This document shows, piece by piece, positions 53,444-61,105 of a stretch of DNA of 64,000 nucleotides. The notes below the pieces were generated by a model that searched no databases, was not told the origin of the DNA, and was given only the letters and a program-made list of their open reading frames with translations. Origin of the DNA: an uncultured bacterium (lineage in GTDB: Bacteria > Margulisbacteria > WOR-1 > O2-12-FULL-45-9); assembly GCA_964568455.1 (NCBI GenBank), contig CAZMPJ010000008.1, positions 1,143 to 65,142 on the forward strand. The letters run 5' to 3'. The position numbers and the translations under genes are program-made. Each line of letters opens with the position of its first letter. Position 1 is the stretch's first letter.

Positions 53444-55114
53444 TTTTAGCAACAGAGGAATTGTTTTTTCGTCTGCTACTTTTCCATAAAACGCGTCTAA
53501 ATGACTGGCTCCGTCTATTAGAAACCCTTGTACTTGGCTAGGGCTTTGGGGTAGCTCAATTTCTTCCACAGAAGTGTCTGCCTTAATATGATGAACGGCG
53601 CAATGATCATGTTGATATTCTGGAAACCTAGAAAAGTCTAAATCAGTGCCATGGGCATAACCTTTGTCTACAAAAGTCAGATTGTATGGGGCGGCCAATG
53701 GATCTTTTGAAAAATAGAGATGGGAAATTGGAATATCGGGCGGAATTTCGTCTAGGTGAGCAGAATAATTAAAACGGCTTTGGTCCATGCGTTTTATGCC
53801 TTGGCCAGAAAAAATTGCACGTAGCATTTGAAAACCAACGCCTAATGGAAAAGAATCAACGCCTTCTTCAATAAGCAAAGAGACAAAAGCCTTTACCTTT
53901 TTAAAGTTATCCGGGTTTATCAATGACTTTAAAGGAAAAAGCTCAAAAGGAATCATCTTGATCAACCACTTTTTCTTAAACTTATCAATAGGAACAGATT
54001 CTTCGCCCAGTATTGGCAAAAGCAAATTTAATGAGAGCAACATTGGGAAAATGTAGTGCTGGCTCTTGTCAAATATGCGGGATGAAGCAATGGATATCAG
54101 TCCTTTTACGGTTTTAAGCATTTCTAGATGAGTTCTTGCTTCGGCGATAATAATTTCTGCTTCCCGATCAGTGCCCATATAGGAATTCATCGCTTCTTCT
54201 ATTTGAGGTCGAGTCATACCTTTTGAATCAATTCCGATTTGTGCTAGCAGTCGGCGTAATTTATATGCTTGGCGCACCAATAAAAATTCTGCTACCATTC
54301 CGCCCATGCTGTGGGCGATGATAATCACTGGTTTATTTGGGGTAGGTCGGTGACAGATAAAATCTAAGCCAGCTGGAAGATCGTTGCTAACCAAGGTATC
54401 AAAGAAACACTGAGGATCAAAATTCCCTTTATTACTCCCCAACCCTCTGAAATCAAATTTATAAACCCAACTACCAATATCAGCCAACAAAAGAGCTAAA
54501 GAAAATTGATCGTTGTTAAGATCAAAAAATTTACCCTTGCAGCCAATGCCAGGAACCAAGAGGATAGATGGGCTGTCATCATTAGTTTTAACTGTTCTTT
54601 GATTAATTAAACGGTTTAACTGTAAAAGAGTGTCATCACGGGTGATTAAAGAATAGGGCCTTTCTAAATATTGTCCTCTTTCTGGTGCCCGGGGTGTGTT
54701 TGTTAGGGCACCGGCAACTTGGGAAAAAAGTACGGAGCTTCTCAGTACTCCATGGCGAGTGGCTTGTTTAATAAAATTTTCTCTTAGAGAAGAATCGATG
54801 TCTAATTCTAACATTAGTTCTGGTATGCGATGCTTGTTAATATAAACTCTTTTGCCGAAATTGTTAAATAAACCGCTTTTATATCCTTCGATAACCGTAT
54901 TTTGGATATCTTCAAGTCTTGGTTCTTCACCAGTTACATCAAGAATAATATGTTGCAGGGTAGGAGCCACTATATAAGCAGCCTGTGTTTCCACTTGTTC
55001 TGGATTCATAACAAAAGCTTTAGGATAGCGTCCTGCCATTGCTTTTAATTTTCCTTGCATGGCTGTGCTGGCCAGTCTGTAGCCTAAGTTTAATCCTCGA
55101 GTAACTATTCCCAT
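53414..55114 (-). CDS. Alpha/beta-hydrolase-fold protein with a ~190-aa unrecognised N-terminal region
   Basis: Contains ILLVPGIGCKG (oxyanion region), the nucleophile elbow IIIAHSMGGMV (GxSxG) and a late GASHLD (candidate His). Motif P10 lies 6 nt before the ATG. Confidence 0.6.
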   Translation of the reverse strand: MGIVTRGLNLGYRLASTAMQGKLKAMAGRYPKAFVMNPEQVETQAAYIVAPTLQHIILDVTGEEPRLEDIQNTVIEGYKSGLFNNFGKRVYINKHRIPELMLELDIDSSLRENFIKQATRHGVLRSSVLFSQVAGALTNTPRAPERGQYLERPYSLITRDDTLLQLNRLINQRTVKTNDDSPSILLVPGIGCKGKFFDLNNDQFSLALLLADIGSWVYKFDFRGLGSNKGNFDPQCFFDTLVSNDLPAGLDFICHRPTPNKPVIIIAHSMGGMVAEFLLVRQAYKLRRLLAQIGIDSKGMTRPQIEEAMNSYMGTDREAEIIIAEARTHLEMLKTVKGLISIASSRIFDKSQHYIFPMLLSLNLLLPILGEESVPIDKFKKKWLIKMIPFELFPLKSLINPDNFKKVKAFVSLLIEEGVDSFPLGVGFQMLRAIFSGQGIKRMDQSRFNYSAHLDEIPPDIPISHLYFSKDPLAAPYNLTFVDKGYAHGTDLDFSRFPEYQHDHCAVHHIKADTSVEEIELPQSPSQVQGFLIDGASHLDAFYGKVADEKTIPLLLKLIQTIEQIT

Positions 55115-55120
55115 TTGTTA

Positions 55121-55150
55121 TCTATCGTTGTTTGTTTTAATAAATTTCAC
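55121..55150 (-). promoter_or_regulatory. Orphan-regulon promoter-like motif, copy P10
   Basis: On the minus strand it reads GTGAAA-tttattaaaacaaacaac(18)-GATAGA, ending 6 nt before the ATG at 55114. Confidence 0.45.
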
Positions 55151-55164
55151 CTAATTTTATTGTG

Positions 55165-55173
55165 TGCTATAAT
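55165..55173 (+). promoter_or_regulatory. Extended -10 (TGcTATAAT), 7 nt upstream of the kinase-like gene's ATG
   Basis: The sequence is tgcTATAAT-atcagcc-ATG(55181). The hexamer 17 nt upstream (55145-55150, TTTCAC) is the complement of P10's GTGAAA. Confidence 0.5.
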
Positions 55174-55180
55174 ATCAGCC

Positions 55181-56185
55181 ATGGAGCGCTTCTTAAAAAG
55201 CCGCTATCGCATTGGTGAAAAACTTTCTGAAAACCCTTTTAGTGTTACTTATAAGGGTTCTTTTCTTGCTACGGATAAACCCTTAGTAATTAAAATTTAC
55301 AAACGTGGGACTTTAAGTTCGGCTTTAATCCGCAGCATGAAACAAAAGGTAAAAGAGCTTTCACATGTTAATTACCACGGTATTGCCAAGTTGATTGATG
55401 GCGATTACGGTTGGCAAGGCTTCTATTATGTAAGAGAGTTTGTGCCAGGTACCAGTTTAAAAGAAGTTATGGAACAACTTGATCAGGATAAAGCAGTTGT
55501 GATTGCCGAAGAAGTTTGTAAAGCCTTAGAGTATGCCCATGCCCGAGGTATTGTCCATGGGGCGATTAGTCCCAATAATATTTTTGTGGATAAAAAAGGC
55601 GTGGTAAAGATTGCTGATTTTGTGATTGAAGGAGAAATTAAAGAAGCCTTTCAACAAAAGGCAGAAAGCGTTTTAAGGGATAGCCGTTATATGTCACCGG
55701 AAGAACTTTTGGGTTATCCCGCTGGAAAAGCTTCGGACATTTATGGTTTAGGTTTGGTTTTATATGAAATGTTGCAGAATAGAAAAGAAGTTAGCTTTAG
55801 CAAAATACAAAAAATCAAACAGCCCTCAGTCTTAAATAGCGAGCTTTTGGCTTCGCTACCCAGATATTTGCAGGAAATTATTAATAAAGCTATGCAAAAA
55901 GACCCCTTGTTGCGCTTTTTAACGGCTAAAGAATTTAGGCAAAGCTTAGAACATAAAAATGTGGTTACTAATCCCAAAGTCCATAAGGATTATATTGATA
56001 TCTTTGAAAACACGGTTACCAGTTACGGTGCAAAGGATATCAGCATTGAAAGTGAAGCAATTGAAGACGTGGGGCAAGTTAAACTGCGCTGGAGCAAAGA
56101 AAAGCATCGGCATTGGATTTTGCTTTTGATTTTGGCTTTAGCCGTGCTTTCTGGCATAGTTTACGCTTTTATGGTGGTTAGATAA
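55181..56185 (+). CDS. PrkC/PknB-like Ser/Thr kinase-fold protein with a C-terminal TM anchor; predicted pseudokinase
   Basis: The kinase fold is recognisable (VIKIYK, YVREFVPG, YMSPEEL, DIYGLGLVLYEML). However, the catalytic loop is VHGAISPNN rather than HRDxKxxN, DFG is DFV, and the Gly loop is degenerate (GEKLSENPFSV). Confidence 0.75.
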   Translation: MERFLKSRYRIGEKLSENPFSVTYKGSFLATDKPLVIKIYKRGTLSSALIRSMKQKVKELSHVNYHGIAKLIDGDYGWQGFYYVREFVPGTSLKEVMEQLDQDKAVVIAEEVCKALEYAHARGIVHGAISPNNIFVDKKGVVKIADFVIEGEIKEAFQQKAESVLRDSRYMSPEELLGYPAGKASDIYGLGLVLYEMLQNRKEVSFSKIQKIKQPSVLNSELLASLPRYLQEIINKAMQKDPLLRFLTAKEFRQSLEHKNVVTNPKVHKDYIDIFENTVTSYGAKDISIESEAIEDVGQVKLRWSKEKHRHWILLLILALAVLSGIVYAFMVVR

Positions 56186-56820
56186 TGCTGATTGGTTTTT
56201 TTAAATATTATTTTATTTATTTAATTTTAATTTCTTCTGCTTTTTGTTTCTTATTGTTAAAGGCAAAGCTTAAACGGCCTTTTCGCTTATTTGCGGTTTT
56301 ATTAATAATCCTTTTTCTTCCTGGTTTAATTGGTTATTTAATAGTAACCAACTATTCTCCCTGGCAAGAAGTAGAAACCCCTAATTTAATTGGAATGGAA
56401 ATTGCCCAAGCAGAAATTACCCTGGGATCGCTCAATTTAAAAAGTGTGGCTGGCGGCACGATTTATGATCCAGAAGTTGACCAAGGCCTGGTTGCGTCGC
56501 AGCGGCCAGACCCAGGTGTTAAGGTTAAAGCCGGCCGTTTAGTGACTATTTTTGTTAGTTCTGGAAAAAGAAAGGTTATTGTTCCAAACCTTTTAGGAAG
56601 AAGGCTGGAACAGATTGAGGCAGTACTTAGGGCAAAAAATTTAAGCTTGGGTCAAATGAATCATCAGGTTACAGAAGGGGCCAGCCCTGGTATAATTTTA
56701 GAACAAAGCCCACTGCCCGGTGAAGAAGTGGAAATTATGACCATGATTGATATTACCATTGTTACTTCGCCAGAGGCGGAGGGAGCAGAGACAAAAGAGG
56801 GAGGGTTCTGGTTTTGGTAA
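56185..56820 (+). CDS. Membrane-anchored protein with two PASTA domains
   Basis: Two N-terminal TM segments are followed by two PASTA repeats (PNLIGMEIAQAEITLGSLNL... and PNLLGRRLEQIEAVLRAKNLSLG...). It shares a TAATG overlap with the kinase-like gene. Confidence 0.8.
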   Translation: MLIGFFKYYFIYLILISSAFCFLLLKAKLKRPFRLFAVLLIILFLPGLIGYLIVTNYSPWQEVETPNLIGMEIAQAEITLGSLNLKSVAGGTIYDPEVDQGLVASQRPDPGVKVKAGRLVTIFVSSGKRKVIVPNLLGRRLEQIEAVLRAKNLSLGQMNHQVTEGASPGIILEQSPLPGEEVEIMTMIDITIVTSPEAEGAETKEGGFWFW

Positions 56821-57449
56821 AAATTAAAATAGCACCGTCAATCTTGTCAGCTGACTTTAGTAATTTAGAAAAAGAAATTAAAAAAGTTGAAAAAGCTGGC
56901 GCCGATTATATTCACATTGATGTAATGGACGGCCATTTTGTACCTAATATTACCATGGGGCCGTTGGTGGTTAAGGCGGTTAAAAAATGCAGCAAACTTC
57001 CTCTTGACGTACACTTAATGATTGAAAACCCGGATAAATATATTGAATCTTTTGCTAAAGCCGGAGCAGATATTATTACCATTCAAGTTGAGGCTTCTAC
57101 TGATATTACCAGAGACATTGAGTTAATTAAAAAGCATGGAGCTAAACCCGGACTTGTGGTTAACCCGGAAACTGCGATTGATAAAGTTTTTCCTTATCTA
57201 GATAAAATTGATATGGTTTTGGTTATGTCAGTTCACCCGGGATTTGCAGGGCAAAAGTTTATGGCAGAGGTTTTACCCAAGATTAAGCAGCTTAGAGAGA
57301 AAACTGATATTGAGATAGAGATTGATGGTGGAATTAGCTTAGAAACCGCGCCTTTGGCAATCCAAGCTGGCGCCAATGTTCTAGTGGCCGGATCAGCCAT
57401 CTTCTACAGCAAGGATTATAAGCAGGTTATCAAGCAGTTAAAAGCCTAA
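56814..57449 (+). CDS. rpe: Ribulose-phosphate 3-epimerase
   Basis: Contains IAPSILSADF, HIDVMDGHFVPN, VHPGFAGQKF and DGGI motifs. The start is TTG. Confidence 0.95.
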   Translation: MVKIKIAPSILSADFSNLEKEIKKVEKAGADYIHIDVMDGHFVPNITMGPLVVKAVKKCSKLPLDVHLMIENPDKYIESFAKAGADIITIQVEASTDITRDIELIKKHGAKPGLVVNPETAIDKVFPYLDKIDMVLVMSVHPGFAGQKFMAEVLPKIKQLREKTDIEIEIDGGISLETAPLAIQAGANVLVAGSAIFYSKDYKQVIKQLKA

Positions 57450-57453
57450 TTAT

Positions 57454-57483
57454 CTGAAATTTTCCAAATTTTATCCCGATATT
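57454..57483 (+). promoter_or_regulatory. Orphan-regulon promoter-like motif, copy P11
   Basis: Reads CTGAAA-ttttccaaattttatccc(18)-GATATT, ending 5 nt before the ATG at 57489. Confidence 0.45.
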
Positions 57484-57488
57484 AAGGC

Positions 57489-60068
57489 ATGAAAGTAATG
57501 CCTATTTTTATTGCAAATGCCCGGGCAAATTTTGCTAATGCCTGTGGCAGAAGCGATTTTTCTACTGCCTTGAAGAATATTAGGTTGATAGAGCGAGGCG
57601 CAAGACATCTTCAGCCAAATGAAGTTGCCAGACATTTTAGGGATTTTACTAAACTTTGTTTGGATCATGGTAATAAAGGAAGGTATGCTTTCCAGTTTGC
57701 TGTTAAAGCTTATCGTCGGGCAGCTCTGCCAGAAATAAGGGTTGAGGCAGTAGAAATGTTGCTGGCTTTGGCTGATAGCTGTGCTCAACATAAAGAGATT
57801 GCTGAGGAACTTGGGCCACAATTTGATCATTTAATTGGCAGCTCTCTTAAACAAACGATTCACACTATGACAAGTGAAGAAGCGGAAGAGTGGTTTAGAG
57901 TTGTTGATACCTTAGACCGTAACACTTATCATGTTGAGCAAAAATTACTGATTGAGGTTTTTTTGCCAACCATGGCAGCAGGCCAACCAAGAGCTGAAAT
58001 TGCTTCTCGCCATCTTGAAACGTCAATGTGGGCAGAGCGTTTTTATAATGTAGAGGCTGACCACGAAAAAATAGCTGCTAGTGCAAAAATATTTGTTGAA
58101 GAAGGGCAAGCTGTTATTGAGGCTTATTCAAGTGAAGCTTTTTTTATGATGATCGCTACGCTTAATTATTTTGATCAACTGGATTATGCAGACCAAGCCA
58201 TGGTTATACGACAACCAGAAACAACGGATCCAGTGCAATACTTGGTTGAATTGGCCAGAGGCAGACGCGATGACCTTGAAGCGGCTTTCCAATCATTAAA
58301 AGGCAGTAGTAGTAGATACGAAACACTTTCACAGCAAATAATCAGAGAAATCAGTGCTGTCCAGATCAAAATTGCTGGCGAATATCTTGATCAACGCTTA
58401 AAAGATCAACCAGCTATGTCCCAAACACCGTCTTGGCGCGCTCGTTTGTTATATCAACCGCTAAATTCAGATCAAGCTCTAAGCGAAAAACTTTTTGATT
58501 ATTTAAGAGCGCTGCTTAAACTGCATGCCGAGCCAGTACGTAAGCTAGCGCCTTTTTGGGTTTATTTAGAATTGCTGATCAAGGAGAAGCTGACTGCTGC
58601 TTATATTGTTTATTTTCCTTCTAGACATGAATTTGTTGTTTATTTTGATGATAAGGGTGACAACCGCTGGATAAAGGTGGTCTTTCCAACAGATGGAAAA
58701 GGCAAAGAAGAAGTATTTGTAGCAACCCCTGGAAATGAAGCGCAAGTTGGCACCATAATGCAAGCGGCCAAGCTTTTGGCTAGTTCAGAAGCTGAGATAT
58801 CTGCGCAGGTTAAGGGTAAATTAACTACTTTGGTAGAAAAAGTAAGCAAGGAGTTAGTCTGTGCCGCGCGTAGATTGTTTGAGAAGGAAAACAGTAATCT
58901 TTATAAGACTTTTGCTATTGTTTTAGCTGATGACCAGCGACTGCAAGACCGAGTGGTTGAAATGCACAATCGCTTGCATCTGGCGCGAAACATTTTTACA
59001 GCCTACCTTAAACAAATAGAGGAAGAAACTTATGAGTTACAATCAGATGATCTTTTAGCTCAATTAATCAAATCAATTGCTTTTTATCCTTTTGAAAAAT
59101 TGGCTCAAATGAAAAACCAAGGCCAGCTTGGCGGATTGCTGCCACAAAAAGATGGGAAATACCCTTTTGTTGTAGGCCTTAAGCCGGAAGCTAATGAAGC
59201 AAAAGAAATATTATTAGTTGTTCATTCTCCTCAAAAAATTGTAGTTCCTGGTCATGGACAATTAAGTGGCGTGGAAGCTGAATTTGTTTATGATTTAATT
59301 TATGAGGCAGCTGTAAAATTATCAATTAAAACAGCTGCGGAAAGTTTACAGCAAACGGGGTACCTGTTTAAAAGAGATATCGAGGCAGCAAAAGGGTTAG
59401 CCAAACTAAAAAGAATTAATGCTCATTATTTTAAAACTGAAATGGCTAAAAGGGGGCTTTTGGCTTTTGATTGGTTTACTTATGAGCCAATAGGAGATGA
59501 CGGCCTTTATCATCCTATCCCAGATCAGGGCGAAGAAGTTAAAAGAGCTTTGTTTGCTGAAGGGAACTTGGATGAAATTTATGCTAAAACAGAAATAGAA
59601 GGATTAGCCATGCTTCTGCCTGTGCGAAAGAAAAAAGTAGAAGGGAAAATCATCTTAGCTCCTTGGGAGCGTCAGCTTTTGCGTGAAGAGCAACAAAGGA
59701 TACTTGGGGACACTCGTGTTTTGCCTGTTTATTATGGTCTTTATATTTTGACTTATTTTTCTGATGGTAAGGCCCATGCTTTTAGGTATTTGATTAAGGC
59801 AACTGAGGCAGAAATTTTAAAAGATGATTTAATTGCTGATGTTGAGAAACGGTTGGCAGACGGATTTTTCCATGATCCAGAAATTTTCTTAAAAGGGACT
59901 TCTAGACAAGATCGCGCTTTGCTTGAAGCAGAATTAGCTAGTGAGCAATTAACTATTTTGGAGCAGGAAGTACAGGTTTATAGGCTAAACACAACATTTA
60001 AGCGTCCTACAATGGAGAGGTTAAGTGATCTTTTGGAGCAGGGCTATACTTTAGAGCCACAAGGATAA
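57489..60068 (+). CDS. Large orphan protein (859 aa), paralogue of 44560-47262
   Basis: A long ORF, collinear with the ~900-aa protein (see that entry). I recognise no family. Confidence 0.7.
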   Translation: MKVMPIFIANARANFANACGRSDFSTALKNIRLIERGARHLQPNEVARHFRDFTKLCLDHGNKGRYAFQFAVKAYRRAALPEIRVEAVEMLLALADSCAQHKEIAEELGPQFDHLIGSSLKQTIHTMTSEEAEEWFRVVDTLDRNTYHVEQKLLIEVFLPTMAAGQPRAEIASRHLETSMWAERFYNVEADHEKIAASAKIFVEEGQAVIEAYSSEAFFMMIATLNYFDQLDYADQAMVIRQPETTDPVQYLVELARGRRDDLEAAFQSLKGSSSRYETLSQQIIREISAVQIKIAGEYLDQRLKDQPAMSQTPSWRARLLYQPLNSDQALSEKLFDYLRALLKLHAEPVRKLAPFWVYLELLIKEKLTAAYIVYFPSRHEFVVYFDDKGDNRWIKVVFPTDGKGKEEVFVATPGNEAQVGTIMQAAKLLASSEAEISAQVKGKLTTLVEKVSKELVCAARRLFEKENSNLYKTFAIVLADDQRLQDRVVEMHNRLHLARNIFTAYLKQIEEETYELQSDDLLAQLIKSIAFYPFEKLAQMKNQGQLGGLLPQKDGKYPFVVGLKPEANEAKEILLVVHSPQKIVVPGHGQLSGVEAEFVYDLIYEAAVKLSIKTAAESLQQTGYLFKRDIEAAKGLAKLKRINAHYFKTEMAKRGLLAFDWFTYEPIGDDGLYHPIPDQGEEVKRALFAEGNLDEIYAKTEIEGLAMLLPVRKKKVEGKIILAPWERQLLREEQQRILGDTRVLPVYYGLYILTYFSDGKAHAFRYLIKATEAEILKDDLIADVEKRLADGFFHDPEIFLKGTSRQDRALLEAELASEQLTILEQEVQVYRLNTTFKRPTMERLSDLLEQGYTLEPQG

Positions 60069-60073
60069 TAATT

Positions 60074-61069
60074 ATGAGTGTTCACTTTGTAGAAACACCA
60101 AAAGCTGGAGTGGTTAAACCACCCAAGCGTAAAACAGTTAAGCAAAAAAAGTGGGAAATCAAGCAAGTATTGGATTTCGCTGATTTTTTGATCTTGCGTT
60201 GTTATTTTGACAAAGCGGAAAAACTTTTAAAAAAGATTTTAAAAAAATATCCCCAATCTGCTTCACTTTGGTCAAAATTAGGCTTGGTTTATTTAAAGCA
60301 ATATAAAGGTGCAGAGGCTAAAACAGCTTTTGAAAAAGCCAAGTATTATAACCCCAATCAGGTAGAAGCACTTTATCATTTGGGAAATATGAATGAAAGC
60401 CTAATACAAGTTGACCAAGCCTGCCGATTGACCCAAGACCCTTATTATCTTGGCTTATGCAATTGTTATTTTAAAGAATTACCTACTGCGTTTGAGGCTT
60501 TTGTTAAAGGCTATGAAATAAACTTAGGAACCGATCATCCAGGCTTAATGCAATTTGCACTTGAAACAGTACAACTCTATTTAACCACAGCTAATGTGGC
60601 CAGCGAGTTAAATTTTAAAGAGGCTTTTGCTGGAGTTATAGAGCAGATGAATAAAATGATTAGTTTTGCCAATAAGCATTTTAGAGGAAAGAGTAAAATA
60701 AAATTGATTGCCAAACATACCTCTTCTAAAAAGGCCTTTGCTAGGTTACTTTTAGCTGCTAAATCAATTTGTGAAGAAGCCATACGAGATAACTGTCGCA
60801 ACGAATCTGCCCATTATAATTTGGGCATGATTTATTTTGTGCAAGAAAAATATGAGCAAGCAAGAAAATGTTTTGAGCGAACAGTGGAGCGGAATCCTAG
60901 ACATGCTTTTGCCCATTTGCAGTTAGGCTTTTTAAGTCTTATCGAAGAAAAAACAGAAGAGGCAGAAAAGCATTTTAGACAAGCCCATAAATTGTTTAAA
61001 GAAGGTGGGATGGAGAAAATGTTTCTTGAAAAATACGAGATTTTAAAGGATGGGATTAAAGAAGAATAG
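60074..61069 (+). CDS. TPR-repeat protein
   Basis: It has several 34-aa TPR-like units (e.g. WSKLGLVYLKQYKGAEAKTAFEKAKYYNPNQVEALYHLG and HYNLGMIYFVQEKYEQARKCFERTVERNPRHAFAHLQLG). It starts 5 nt after the 859-aa gene. Confidence 0.65.
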   Translation: MSVHFVETPKAGVVKPPKRKTVKQKKWEIKQVLDFADFLILRCYFDKAEKLLKKILKKYPQSASLWSKLGLVYLKQYKGAEAKTAFEKAKYYNPNQVEALYHLGNMNESLIQVDQACRLTQDPYYLGLCNCYFKELPTAFEAFVKGYEINLGTDHPGLMQFALETVQLYLTTANVASELNFKEAFAGVIEQMNKMISFANKHFRGKSKIKLIAKHTSSKKAFARLLLAAKSICEEAIRDNCRNESAHYNLGMIYFVQEKYEQARKCFERTVERNPRHAFAHLQLGFLSLIEEKTEEAEKHFRQAHKLFKEGGMEKMFLEKYEILKDGIKEE

Positions 61070-61087
61070 AGTCTTACTGCTTAATTA

Positions 61088-61096
61088 TGCTACAAT
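61088..61096 (+). promoter_or_regulatory. Extended -10 (TGcTACAAT), 9 nt upstream of the ribD ATG
   Basis: The sequence is tgcTACAAT-aatattctc-ATG(61106). Confidence 0.45.
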
Positions 61097-61105
61097 AATA
61101 TTCTC

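Noticed and set aside
55115-55180. A 22-codon extension of the kinase-like ORF
   Set aside because: It covers the divergent promoter region, including TGcTATAAT. MERFLKSRYRIGEKL is a normal kinase N-terminus.
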